64,000 bases of DNA from a virus: IMG/VR virus record IMGVR_UViG_3300025626_002025. One strand, 5' to 3'. Below the pieces are notes generated by a model. It did no database searches. It was not told where the DNA came from and was given only the letters and a program-made list of their open reading frames with translations. The position numbers and the translations under genes were made by a program. This document shows, in pieces, positions 48,094 through 58,073 of the stretch (position 1 is the stretch's first letter; the number at the start of each line of letters is the position of its first letter).

Positions 48094-48869
48094 TATAATC
48101 TATTCCAGTTATTATTTCTAAAAATATAATTATCAGAACCTTGATTTCTAATTTCAAATTCGTAGTTACCTCGTCCAAGTGGACCGTTTTCGGATAGTAT
48201 AGTGTTGTTTCTTGAACCACCTCCACCAGATGAACTTCCACCAAATCCACCTCGTTGTGGTGCATATCTAGGTGTAGTTGAGGTTGAGGAACTTCTTCCT
48301 CTACCAATCATTCCTCGTATTCCTCTTGGTCTTGGAGTAGGAGTATTTGTTGGAGTAGTAGTATTTGTTGGAGGACTTGCTTTTGGTGCAGGGTCTGCAA
48401 CTACGGTTACTGGTTCAGCAGTTTCCTTACTTGGTTCTTCTGGTGTAGCACTTGGAGGGTCTCCAACTTTGAGTGCTTCTATCATTTCTTGTTTTATTGT
48501 AAAACTTCTCCAGTTTGTGTCTCCCGAAATTGAATCACTACTACCATCAATTAGATATGTACAAAAATTACCAACTGCATTATTATTGGTTATGACATGA
48601 CTAACATCCACTGCTGCATATGATTCTTTTTCTGTAAAGGTTTTGTAAAAACCATTAACAACCGAACCGATTGATGCTAAAAGTTGAGGATATTTAGATG
48701 GGAAATTCCCACCTCCGTTTGAGGTAACCTTACCAGATGGTTTTGTTATCTCAACTGCACCTACAAAGTTTGGGGTTTTGGGAGGTGCTGGTCTGACATT
48801 TTCTTGTGGAGGGTCAAACGGATTGGTTTCCCTAATTGTTTCTCTATATGAATTTTTTTGACGTGCCAT
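48093..48869 (-). CDS. Low-complexity Pro/Thr/Gly-rich protein
   Basis: Late motif 48886-48893; disordered C-terminal half. Confidence 0.6.
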   Translation of the reverse strand: MARQKNSYRETIRETNPFDPPQENVRPAPPKTPNFVGAVEITKPSGKVTSNGGGNFPSKYPQLLASIGSVVNGFYKTFTEKESYAAVDVSHVITNNNAVGNFCTYLIDGSSDSISGDTNWRSFTIKQEMIEALKVGDPPSATPEEPSKETAEPVTVVADPAPKASPPTNTTTPTNTPTPRPRGIRGMIGRGRSSSTSTTPRYAPQRGGFGGSSSGGGGSRNNTILSENGPLGRGNYEFEIRNQGSDNYIFRNNNWNRL

Positions 48870-49097
48870 TTATATATCCTTCTACTATAAATATAAGGAT
48901 ATAAATTACTTGGTAGATAGTTTGTAAAACGCCTTTTCAATAGAACCATCGAAATCTAGTGTTCTATCTTCTTCTCTCAATTGTTTAGATAATGAAAATA
49001 CTTCATTAAATATACCAAGTGAATGGGATTCATATAAAAGTCCTTCTGTGAATTTAGATTGAGTCATGATGTAAATGTGTTGGTGTACTAATAAGTA

Positions 49098-49556
49098 TTA
49101 CAACCCACCATATTCATCATCATAAAATTGAACATCTATTCCTGCTTCTTCTAGCATGTCCCAACTTCTGTTGTAGTTTTCTTCCCAATGTGTACCTTTA
49201 GTAGTAACACCTCGTTCACAAAAGATTCGTGTGATACCTGAATTTATGATTCCTCTTGCACAATCTACACATGGAATTCCACAAGATAGATACATAGTAC
49301 AACCTTTAGTTGATACTCCTATTCTTGCTGCATTATATATTGCATTTCGTTCACCATGCTCAAACCAATAATACTTTTCGGGTCTTTCTTGTCTTGATTT
49401 CTTAGTATCATCCAATCCTCGTGGGAATGAGTTATAACCAGTAGATACAATTTCTTTATCGTTACCAACGATAATTGCACCAATCTGTGTGTTTTCATCT
49501 TTGGATTTAAGTTTGACTGTGTGAGCCAATGTTCTAAAGTATTCTACCCATCTCAT
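49098..49556 (-). CDS. dCMP deaminase
   Basis: SKD..TQIGA, GYN, HGERNAI, PCVDCAR. Confidence 0.93.
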   Translation of the reverse strand: MRWVEYFRTLAHTVKLKSKDENTQIGAIIVGNDKEIVSTGYNSFPRGLDDTKKSRQERPEKYYWFEHGERNAIYNAARIGVSTKGCTMYLSCGIPCVDCARGIINSGITRIFCERGVTTKGTHWEENYNRSWDMLEEAGIDVQFYDDEYGGL

Positions 49557-49569
49557 AGTATATAAGTAT

Positions 49570-49776
49570 TTAATTTATATCTTCCCATTCAGGTTCTTCT
49601 ACTAATTCACAAAACCAATACGCTCCTTCTTTGTTTACTTTGAATGCAGTATCAACTCCCAACCATTCTTTAATCAGAGTAGGATTCTTAACTCTATCAA
49701 TTGATATTACCCCATGGATAATATATAATCGGTCATTGATATATCTAGCCTTTCGTTTATTGGAAGGAAATATCAT
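49570..49776 (-). CDS. Hypothetical protein
   Basis: Small ORF on the coding strand. Confidence 0.5.
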   Translation of the reverse strand: MIFPSNKRKARYINDRLYIIHGVISIDRVKNPTLIKEWLGVDTAFKVNKEGAYWFCELVEEPEWEDIN

Positions 49777-49961
49777 TTTATTAAGTTATTACTTACGAAC
49801 AAAAATTGAAGCAAGTATCATAATTATCAACGTACCTGCACCAAAAACTTCAAACCAATTTGCTGATACTATTCCAAAGTTTAAATTTAAACTCCAAATT
49901 AGTGTAGTGATAATAGAAAGAGCAATCGTTCCTTTTAATATATCTTTACTTTTATTATTCA

Positions 49962-50432
49962 TTATCCAATATGTTTTTTAATTTTAGAATTACCAAATAG
50001 TAAATATAAACTCCATCCCCAATAAGGTAGAGCCAATACAAGGTAAGTAATGTAATCTCCATTGGGTAAAGTTGGTGCTGGTGTATCTAACACATTGATT
50101 GCATTTTGTGGATTGAATCCTTCTAATACAAAAGCATATATGAATGTACACGCAAGTAACCACCCTGCTTTGTTAGGAAAGAATGCATTGATTCTTTTGT
50201 AAGTTGTTGCTAGTGAAAACCAAATCATTGGTATGATACCTAATGCACCCAATCCAACTAACAACCCTGCTAATACTGCATTGGTTTTGATTAGAGCAAC
50301 CCCTATTCCAATTAAGATTACAATCGGAATAATAAATAGTACTGTTGCTAATCCTCTTAGAAAGTAATCTGTTCCATTAGTGGTATTTTTGAATTGAAAG
50401 TATTTACCAAACTTTTGTTTTAATTTGTTCAT
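49962..50432 (-). CDS. Membrane protein (DUF805-like)
   Basis: Multiple TMs; LATTYKRINA pattern. Confidence 0.55.
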   Translation of the reverse strand: MNKLKQKFGKYFQFKNTTNGTDYFLRGLATVLFIIPIVILIGIGVALIKTNAVLAGLLVGLGALGIIPMIWFSLATTYKRINAFFPNKAGWLLACTFIYAFVLEGFNPQNAINVLDTPAPTLPNGDYITYLVLALPYWGWSLYLLFGNSKIKKHIG

Positions 50433-50470
50433 GTTTTTATTATTATTAATTAGTGGTTATACCACCATTG

Positions 50471-50555
50471 CGGAGAAAGAGGGATTCGAACCCCCGGTAC
50501 CTTGCAGTACACTTGATTTCAAGTCAAGCACATTCGACCACTCTGACATTTCTCC
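50471..50555 (-). tRNA. tRNA-Ser(TGA)
   Basis: Cloverleaf GGAGAAA...CTTGA-CT-TGA-AA-TCAAG, long variable arm, GGTTCGAATCC. Confidence 0.95.
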
Positions 50556-50562
50556 TATCATA

Positions 50563-50898
50563 TTAAAAGTTTTGTCTTAATGCAAAGAAATCATCTCTCA
50601 TCTGTTGAACTTCTTTTAATAGTTCTTCGTTAGTTGTTGGAATCTTTTTTATAATCTGTTCCGTTAACTTTTCTAATTTTTTCTTATTATCTGATTTAAT
50701 CTCTATTTCAACACCTCGGATTAATTCATGAATCTCATCATAATCCCTACCGAGTTTTTGGGATAGTTCAATATAGTATTCAGATACTCTACTGTTGGTT
50801 TCATTGTGTAAATCGTTTACTTTTTTTTGTAATTTATATACTCCTCTTGCTAACAAGATACATGAGATAGATAAAAGTACTATTGCTAATATAATCAT
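50563..50898 (-). CDS. TM + coiled-coil hypothetical protein
   Basis: N-terminal TM helix. Confidence 0.55.
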   Translation of the reverse strand: MIILAIVLLSISCILLARGVYKLQKKVNDLHNETNSRVSEYYIELSQKLGRDYDEIHELIRGVEIEIKSDNKKKLEKLTEQIIKKIPTTNEELLKEVQQMRDDFFALRQNF

Positions 50899-50913
50899 AA
50901 TTTTTAATGTTTG

Positions 50914-50985
50914 TAGCCCGTAGGGGAATCGAACCCCTCTTACCAGGATGAAAACCTGGCGTCCTAGCCGATAGACGAACGGGCC
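50914..50985 (-). tRNA. tRNA-Glu(TTC)
   Basis: GGCCCGT...CCAGG-TT-TTC-AT-CCTGG...GGTTCGATTCC. Confidence 0.95.
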
Positions 50986-50990
50986 AGTTT

Positions 50991-51314
50991 TTATTGTGGT
51001 TCTTGTTCTTCTTCTAAATCTTCAAGTTCTTCAAGTCTATCTACTATCTGCTTTTGATTTGAATCAAGTGTATCTAGGTTAATATAAATTCCTTCATTTA
51101 TATTATCATGCTTTGCATCTAGTTCTACAATAACTCGTTCTGCCTTTTGAATTAAATCTCTTATCTCATCAATAGATGCAGTATAATCTTCAATTTCATC
51201 TAAAGATTCTTGAGTTTCTTTTCTCATAGATGATATTGATTTAACCGACCATACAACTCCAACTACACATAGTGTTAGAATAATTCCTAGTAAAAATATA
51301 ATAAATGTTTCCAT
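50991..51314 (-). CDS. TM + coiled-coil hypothetical protein
   Basis: N-terminal TM, acidic coil; architecture like 50563-50898. Confidence 0.55.
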   Translation of the reverse strand: METFIIFLLGIILTLCVVGVVWSVKSISSMRKETQESLDEIEDYTASIDEIRDLIQKAERVIVELDAKHDNINEGIYINLDTLDSNQKQIVDRLEELEDLEEEQEPQ

Positions 51315-51335
51315 TATATATAAGTATATATTAAT

Positions 51336-51530
51336 TTAATAATTATCAGGATACCAATCATCATAGTTATCCCTTTTTTTGTGTTTTGATTTTCGTTTGA
51401 AATCTTTTTGAGATTTCTGTACCTTCTCGGTCATCTTCTTTCCTATGTGATGAGATAACTCACCCACACTCATACCATCTTCCGAATCAAATTTCTCTTG
51501 ATACGGCTTTTGTTTCTTTCGTTGCTTCAT
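51336..51530 (-). CDS. Small basic hypothetical protein
   Basis: K/R-rich, FKRKSKHK tail. Confidence 0.5.
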   Translation of the reverse strand: MKQRKKQKPYQEKFDSEDGMSVGELSHHIGKKMTEKVQKSQKDFKRKSKHKKRDNYDDWYPDNY

Positions 51531-51634
51531 TACTAATTAATTCCATTGTTAGTGGTTCTCTATTTCTTGTATATTGTTCTTCTGTCCATTCAGGTGTTCT
51601 ATCTGTTATGAACTCTATTTGTTTTGATGAGGTG

Positions 51635-52093
51635 TTATCCTCTATTTTGAATATCAGTTTTCTCATTTATATTTGGATTTTGTTTTAATGTTTGTTTTGT
51701 AATTAAATCTTTTACTTTTGTTGTTGACCATTCATGTGAACGAGTTGTATAAATAACTTCAATTGGTAAATAATCTCCAGTAAATGATTTTCCAATATAA
51801 TCTTCACCTAATATTCTTACATCAGGTTTCCAATAAGTAATTAAATCTAATAAATCTTCTTCTGTTTGATAAGTATAAACTGCATCAATATATTTTATAG
51901 CCATTAGAGTTTTATATCTTTCATACAATGGAATTACTGGCTTATATTTAGATTTTCTATGTAGAGATGGGTCTTTCTGAAGGAATACAATAAACGTATC
52001 ACAATGTTTCTTTGCTTCTTCAAAAGTATAAATGTAACCAGGATGTAATAAATCAAAGTTACCTGCTGTAAATCCTAGTTTATTCTTTTTCAT
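51635..52093 (-). CDS. Cytidylyltransferase (TagD-like), HPGY variant
   Basis: GFTAGNFDLLHPGY, ERY..L, LGEDY, R.H.WSTT. Confidence 0.85.
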   Translation of the reverse strand: MKKNKLGFTAGNFDLLHPGYIYTFEEAKKHCDTFIVFLQKDPSLHRKSKYKPVIPLYERYKTLMAIKYIDAVYTYQTEEDLLDLITYWKPDVRILGEDYIGKSFTGDYLPIEVIYTTRSHEWSTTKVKDLITKQTLKQNPNINEKTDIQNRG

Positions 52094-52667
52094 TTAGAAA
52101 TTGTAAATATGCATCTTCAATATCTGATTGTAGTTTAGATGTTTTTTCTCTTAATTCTTCCGTATAAAAATCATCCTCCCATATTCTATCATCATCAATT
52201 TCTTCATCTAAATCTTCAATATCATCATATCCGTTTGCATATATGAAAGCTCCCATTGGGTCATATCCTTCATCTTCATATGTTCCAACTATATAACAAT
52301 CTTTTTTTATATCACTTAATATCTCTGATAGTTTTTTTAGAAATCCTTGTGGAACTGACCATGGTGTTGTTAATACAAGGTGAATATATGAAAAATCTTC
52401 ATCACCATCAAATTCAGAATAAATCCATTTACTCCCAACATTATCCCCTAACCAATTATATTCTGGCCAAGTATTTTTATTTGCTTCATTTTCATCTTTA
52501 CTTAAACTAATATCCCAAGTAAAATCTTTATTATATAAACGATTAATCAATTCAATGGTTCTCGAATTATATTCACCTTCCGTTGGGGTAAATAATTCAT
52601 CTAATTTTTTGGATACTTCTTTATTACCATTTTTAATGCTAACATATGTTTCCATTTCATTTGCCAT
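52080..52667 (-). CDS. YubB/DUF1281 ferredoxin-like domain protein
   Basis: W...NVGSKW, TPWSVP, YEDEG. Confidence 0.55.
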   Translation of the reverse strand: MANEMETYVSIKNGNKEVSKKLDELFTPTEGEYNSRTIELINRLYNKDFTWDISLSKDENEANKNTWPEYNWLGDNVGSKWIYSEFDGDEDFSYIHLVLTTPWSVPQGFLKKLSEILSDIKKDCYIVGTYEDEGYDPMGAFIYANGYDDIEDLDEEIDDDRIWEDDFYTEELREKTSKLQSDIEDAYLQFLNEKE

Positions 52668-52687
52668 AATATATTCCTTTATTTATA

Positions 52688-52719
52688 CAAATATACGAAA
52701 TTATTTTCATATATCCAAA
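52688..52719 (-). promoter_or_regulatory. Bacteroidota-type promoter
   Basis: TTTGGATAT...CGTATATTTG. Confidence 0.7.
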
Positions 52720-52723
52720 TTTT

Positions 52724-53359
52724 TTAATTAAAATTTATATTCCAACTTATTGATATTCTTTTTTTCTCAGTTGATTTATATTGTAAACTTCCATGTTTTA
52801 ACCAAGCGGGGAACGATACCAGCATTCCTTCTTGTGGTTCAATATGTATTTGTGGAGCAAGTAATTCGTTTTCTGATTCAGGAAGTAATTTAGCTAAAAC
52901 ATCAATTGGTGATTGTATAACAAACTCCCCACCTTTGTTTTTATCTATCGATATATAAAGTACCGATGAGAATCCATTTGATGTACTACCTGCACCTAAA
53001 TGGTCGTGTAACTCCTGATATGCTCCATCACCACCAAGAGTAATCCAACAATCTTCAACATAAAATGGTCTCGGTTTGAATCCACATTCTACAAGATATT
53101 CTGATGTGTGTTTAAATATAGTATCTTTTAGATATTCAGGAAAGAATGCTTTTTTCTCTTCACAAAATATATTAGTTTCTGTATTACATTTCCAAACAGC
53201 TGTCTTAAATAAATCACCATTATTTTTTACATATTCGGTAATATCTTTTTGAAGTCTTTTTAATATCTCCTCATCGATACTACTATAATATACTGGTGTT
53301 GGGAATAGGTTATTTATCATTTTTATTAATTTGAAACTATTATTTCTCCTACATTCCAA
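52724..53359 (-). CDS. 2OG-Fe(II) oxygenase (TIGR02466-like)
   Basis: LFPTPVY, W, HDH, S.VLY, FPAWL.H, RISISWN; probable start MINNLFP. Confidence 0.85.
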   Translation of the reverse strand: MECRRNNSFKLIKMINNLFPTPVYYSSIDEEILKRLQKDITEYVKNNGDLFKTAVWKCNTETNIFCEEKKAFFPEYLKDTIFKHTSEYLVECGFKPRPFYVEDCWITLGGDGAYQELHDHLGAGSTSNGFSSVLYISIDKNKGGEFVIQSPIDVLAKLLPESENELLAPQIHIEPQEGMLVSFPAWLKHGSLQYKSTEKKRISISWNINFN

Positions 53360-53544
53360 CTTGGAATATAATATCTAAATCCATGACCATCTAACATTTT
53401 AGTAACTTTGTTTGTCATTGTAGAGGAATTACCTACTATTACTCTACATTCAAACATAGAGTTATGTGATTCCATTAATACAAAATCTTCAGCTCTATCC
53501 ACTGCTACATCATGTGTTAATCCATGTAAATCTATTTGGTTCAT
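53326..53544 (-). CDS. Stand-alone Smr-domain protein
   Basis: IDLHGLT...VIVGNS...NVG. Confidence 0.75.
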   Translation of the reverse strand: MNQIDLHGLTHDVAVDRAEDFVLMESHNSMFECRVIVGNSSTMTNKVTKMLDGHGFRYYIPSWNVGEIIVSN

Positions 53545-54419
53545 AATAATAAATTTTTGGTTACTATTTTGTTTTTTAAATATTTAACAAAATGAGAAAA
53601 GAAGTGATGTGATAATACATCATGACCCCTTACTCCCAAAAGTTTATTGGATTCTATCTCTCCATTTGAATCTGCCATCATCATAATCATTAAACTATCT
53701 ACATAGTTAATGGAAGAATAAAATAAAGGTTTATCTAGTTCACTGTAATAATCTCCAAATGGAGTTATGTTACATTCTTTTCTATGTTTAACTAAATATT
53801 TTCCTAATATGTATTCTGGTTTTAATAACGTATCATCTTCATATGTTAGGTGATTTAAATTATCAATACTCCAAAAGAATACTTGAATATTTTTTTTATT
53901 AGAAATTTCTATTATTGCCTTTTCATATGTATGAACCTCATATACCGAACCAATAGTATTTCTATTTTTATACACACCGGTCACTTGCCATGGATTAATA
54001 TACTCCGTTACACTAGTATAATCGTAAACGTTAGAAATGGAATGAACTTTGGTATCAGTATAAACGTTAAATTTATAATTGTTTGTCCAATTTATTATAA
54101 CAACATCTCCTTCTTTAAATGAATCAAGATTGGATACAAAAGAATTAAATATATCTAAATTAGTACTACCTTCTTTAGCCAGTAAATTAAAATCACATTT
54201 TAACTTATTTGATAAATTTTCAATCCAAACGTTTTTCTTTAATGGTAGATATGAATCTTCATGGTACAACTGATTAAATTTAGAATCCAACCAACTTTTG
54301 TATTGTTTAGATATATTTGAATTTAGACTATATTTCCAACCCAACGTACTTTCATCACCTAACCCATGTATTATCATATTTCTTTTATTGAATTTGTTCT
54401 TTCCAAAAAACTTGTACAC
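53541..54419 (-). CDS. SGNH-like protein (degenerate)
   Basis: GLGDESTLG, W...L, A.EGSTN, VIINWT; probable start MIIHGLG. Confidence 0.5.
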   Translation of the reverse strand: MYKFFGKNKFNKRNMIIHGLGDESTLGWKYSLNSNISKQYKSWLDSKFNQLYHEDSYLPLKKNVWIENLSNKLKCDFNLLAKEGSTNLDIFNSFVSNLDSFKEGDVVIINWTNNYKFNVYTDTKVHSISNVYDYTSVTEYINPWQVTGVYKNRNTIGSVYEVHTYEKAIIEISNKKNIQVFFWSIDNLNHLTYEDDTLLKPEYILGKYLVKHRKECNITPFGDYYSELDKPLFYSSINYVDSLMIMMMADSNGEIESNKLLGVRGHDVLSHHFFSHFVKYLKNKIVTKNLLL

Positions 54420-54762
54420 ACATTATAATAACACATAAACTAACTTGTACCCATACTTTTGAAGTCATTGGTTGATTAAAGAAATGACTTGTAAGAATTG
54501 CATAAACAATCATACCAACGGAGAATCCCAAGAATCGATTAGCCCATAATGAGTTACCGAATCCCTCAACACCAAGTTGTGTTGATTTAAGAAACAACCA
54601 AGTTATGGGTAACGCAGCAATATACCACCCCCACCATTCAGGTCCTAACTTCGGATATTTAAATTGTAAATTATGTTGTAACCATGCACCACCTTGTGCA
54701 AGGATAAACAAAAAGGATGCCATTAAAACATACATCCATTTAATCGTATTTGATACTTCCAT
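54385..54762 (-). CDS. Four-TM membrane protein
   Basis: Hydrophobic helices, DMT-like topology. Confidence 0.55.
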   Translation of the reverse strand: MEVSNTIKWMYVLMASFLFILAQGGAWLQHNLQFKYPKLGPEWWGWYIAALPITWLFLKSTQLGVEGFGNSLWANRFLGFSVGMIVYAILTSHFFNQPMTSKVWVQVSLCVIIMCVQVFWKEQIQ

Positions 54763-54763
54763 A

Positions 54764-55099
54764 TTATTTTAGATATTTAGGTCCATAGAATTCCCAACAA
54801 TCAGTTCCATCAAAAATGTTTCCTCTACTATGTTTAGCGGGAGTACTCCAACTTGCCGGTTTTAGTAAATCTCCTTTACAAACCAATGTTCCTTTGAACA
54901 CACCTTCCCACATAGAAACGAATCCCCATACGGTAGTACCATCAATTATCTTCATGTACTTTTGCCCTTTTTTGATATGGAGGGGTTCGTAAGGTTTATA
55001 GGAATAGTTATCATCCCAATGTTGTTTTCTTTTCTCGTTTACCTCGTCTAACCAAATTTCAAATTTACTCATAGTTTTATGTTTTATATTATCACTCAT
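54764..55099 (-). CDS. Conserved phage hypothetical protein
   Basis: G.KY.KI...VWGFV...GDLLKPASW..PAKHSRGNIF; true start probably the second Met. Confidence 0.7.
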   Translation of the reverse strand: MSDNIKHKTMSKFEIWLDEVNEKRKQHWDDNYSYKPYEPLHIKKGQKYMKIIDGTTVWGFVSMWEGVFKGTLVCKGDLLKPASWSTPAKHSRGNIFDGTDCWEFYGPKYLK

Positions 55100-55139
55100 T
55101 TACTATGTAAATATACGAAAAATAAATGATATATCCAAG
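55098..55139 (-). promoter_or_regulatory. Bacteroidota-type promoter with palindrome
   Basis: TTGG...CGTATATTTAC; ATTTAC-TAT-GTAAAT. Confidence 0.65.
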
Positions 55140-55928
55140 TCTTTTTTCATTTATTTTGCATGGGGTATTTCCTTACGAGGTTTTAATCTCTTTTCTCCGA
55201 TTGTTAATAACTTGTTGAAAACTTTTTATTACGTTTTATATATTTGTATATATTTATATTACCAGACGCTCCAGACACTTAAAAAGAAATAACTTAAAAT
55301 AAAATATATAACCTTTAACTTAATAGTATAGACACTAAGCAAGTGTCGGTCTTTTTAAAATTTTTTTACCCAAGTCGTTTTTTTAATACTTTACTCAGTC
55401 GAAGAGATAAATTTTCCCCTTTCTTTTTTATTGATAGTGTCAGATATTCTTCCCCATCTTCTCAGTCTTTCTTATCTTCCCAGCTTACAATCCTAATTCA
55501 GTCCCCTTAAATTCCACATTTATTTATTTATATATGGTGGTATCCGAACTTTATTTAAACAATACCACACCCACATTGTACTCAAATACCATGAAGTGAA
55601 GGGAGTTGGAGTGTGAATACCCTCAAAACGTTCCATATGATGTGACCATTCCCTTTATATTTCCTTATAGAGTTATCTTATAGAACTGAGTAGAGAAGGT
55701 GTTAGAGAGTGTTTATTTAGGGGTCGGTTAATTTCTGAATACACAAGAGGTTATGTTGTTATACCCATGATGTATTGATGTACTGAGATTATGATTAGAG
55801 TTTGGATTGTCTCCGTTCTTAAATCTCTTTGTAATATTATTATAAGATGTACCGAAATTGTGTTAAAGGGGATTATATTCCCTTTTGGTCATGACCATTC
55901 GAGGTTGTAATCTTTTAGCTTGTATTTC
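55140..55928. other. Long non-coding region, candidate replication origin or ncRNA locus
   Basis: No ORF of 60 aa or more; tandem DnaA-box-like 9-mers, AT-rich tract, C-rich to G-rich switch, hairpins. Confidence 0.45.
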
Positions 55929-56963
55929 TTAAAGGTATATGGTGATTTCTCTATCTTGTAGATTCGTTATTATAGAGGAGGTTATTATCTCATGACCGTA
56001 TTTGGAAGGATGTTCATCGGTATCATGTGGATAGTTATTAGCTTCTTTATCTTTATTTATGAATAGATTAGGATGTACCTCGGTTGCTTTTGTATAATAA
56101 GGATATTCTACGTTGTTAACTATAATAGGAGCAGTTATACTTCTTATCCAATCGAATTCTTCTTCATGTATTACACCTAATAACTCTTCTTCCCAATGCC
56201 AACATACAATAGGAATACCTAGATTATCAAACTCAAGTAATAAATCTTGTATCTTTCTTAACCATACACGAGAATGATGTAACCAAAACTCTTCTATTGT
56301 AATACCATTATCTACTAACCAATCAAAGAAGATATCATTACTAACATACTTACCTGCATCTTCATCATGTGCACATTGTTCATATTGTTCTTTAGTATCA
56401 CCATTAATTTTAATTGATTGCCATGGATAGATTTCAAATAAACCAAAACCTCTTTCTCTTTCATCGTTATCATCCTCTATTTGTAAATGATGTTCTCCAC
56501 CTTTTAAATAGACTCTATACTTCTTACCCTTGTAATCGAATACATGATTATTTCTTACCAATGCTGAATGTTGAAATATTAATAACCTCATCTTTTCCAA
56601 AGGCCATTTACCACTCATTTCTGGATTTTGTGAACGACTATTAAGAACATCTTGTAATATTGTATATGATTGTGTATCTGAACCACCATTCATCATTTTA
56701 GAAATAACATCTGTTCCGAAATGTGTAGATAGTAAATTAGGATATCTTAACTCCTTTCGTACATTATCGGATTCTTCGGTTGGTTGTATGTTTTCAAAAA
56801 TATATTCATCATAGGTTGGGGTGTTCTTATTATTCTTATCATAATTCCACAAACCCTGTCCCCATGTAAAGGAACATCCTACATATCCAATATAACCACT
56901 GGTTTTAATCCAGTTTCTCCACTCTTCATTACTCATGTATAAATCTAATATTTTTTTTACCAA
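55929..56963 (-). CDS. SGNH/GDSL-like hydrolase
   Basis: GCSFTWGQG, NGGS, D.HPS..GH. Confidence 0.65.
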   Translation of the reverse strand: MVKKILDLYMSNEEWRNWIKTSGYIGYVGCSFTWGQGLWNYDKNNKNTPTYDEYIFENIQPTEESDNVRKELRYPNLLSTHFGTDVISKMMNGGSDTQSYTILQDVLNSRSQNPEMSGKWPLEKMRLLIFQHSALVRNNHVFDYKGKKYRVYLKGGEHHLQIEDDNDERERGFGLFEIYPWQSIKINGDTKEQYEQCAHDEDAGKYVSNDIFFDWLVDNGITIEEFWLHHSRVWLRKIQDLLLEFDNLGIPIVCWHWEEELLGVIHEEEFDWIRSITAPIIVNNVEYPYYTKATEVHPNLFINKDKEANNYPHDTDEHPSKYGHEIITSSIITNLQDREITIYL

Positions 56964-57618
56964 TATATTTGTTTAACTTCTTTGCGGTGTTTACTTTATT
57001 ACCACCTACTAAAAAGTATTGAGATGATTCTCTGCCATATAAATAAGGTGAATCATAATTTTGAATATATTCATCAAGTGTACAATTCGTAAATACTTTA
57101 AAAGCAAACTCTTCTACCAATGTATTAAAGTTATGTTCAGCATGAATACTCTTAAGTTCTTTACCAAGATTAAAACCTTGAACCGATATACAACTTGCAT
57201 TTGGAATAACATATGTATCTTCAAATTCCCAACTATATAATGCTAATTGTTTTTGTAAATTAGTATTTGGGTGAATGTAATCTTTTGGATATGAGTATAA
57301 CGGCATTGATGGTGAATTAAATTCTAAACCATATATACTTTTTGTGTTAATACAATCCCAATCTAAGAAAAGAAATTCTTTAAACTCTTGATATGCTAAA
57401 TCAAGAGCTTCTAACTTTAACGCATATTCCGATTCATATGAATATTCAGTAGTTTTTGAATCTACCATATAACGAGTATCATAACCAAGTGATATCAGAT
57501 ACTCCAAATTTTCCGTACCCCAAACATAAACAACCTCATCGTGTTGAGGTTTAAGTGGAATCTCATTTAGTATCTCACCTATACGATTACCACCCCAAAG
57601 TGCTCTGATTATTTTCAT
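56929..57618 (-). CDS. GT-A-fold / DUF6734-like protein
   Basis: KL.AL...EFLFLDWD, PNAS, VEE. Confidence 0.5.
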   Translation of the reverse strand: MKIIRALWGGNRIGEILNEIPLKPQHDEVVYVWGTENLEYLISLGYDTRYMVDSKTTEYSYESEYALKLEALDLAYQEFKEFLFLDWDCINTKSIYGLEFNSPSMPLYSYPKDYIHPNTNLQKQLALYSWEFEDTYVIPNASCISVQGFNLGKELKSIHAEHNFNTLVEEFAFKVFTNCTLDEYIQNYDSPYLYGRESSQYFLVGGNKVNTAKKLNKYIGKKNIRFIHE

Positions 57619-58064
57619 TAGGAACTAATCTGGTCTTTTATTGATTGTACTAATTCTTCTGCTCTCCATTCATCAAGTTTTTTCTCACCAGCATCCATAA
57701 CTTCTTTTATGATAGAACATAGTTCATATTCCTCAACCTTTTGATTATATGCTAAAAATAAACCTAACCAATCTAATCCCCATTTACCTACAAGATTACC
57801 CATCTCTGCATCATTATCTGGATTACATCTCATATATGAAGTAATAAAACATTGTGTTAATATTGCAATATCCTCATCTTCCGGTGAATCAAACAACTCA
57901 ACAAACTCCTCTAATGATAACGCCATATGAGCAGATGGAAAGCGTTCTACATCATTTACAAACATCATTCGTTGTGCTCGTTTATAAACGTCAATGTTAT
58001 CTCTATCATCTCCATCATCTCCACCTAAGTTGAAGAGGTCATCCATATCATCAAATTCATCCAT
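57618..58064 (-). CDS. Hypothetical protein with UVR-like motif
   Basis: EEYELCSIIK. Confidence 0.55.
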   Translation of the reverse strand: MDEFDDMDDLFNLGGDDGDDRDNIDVYKRAQRMMFVNDVERFPSAHMALSLEEFVELFDSPEDEDIAILTQCFITSYMRCNPDNDAEMGNLVGKWGLDWLGLFLAYNQKVEEYELCSIIKEVMDAGEKKLDEWRAEELVQSIKDQISS

Positions 58065-58073
58065 ATATTTGTT

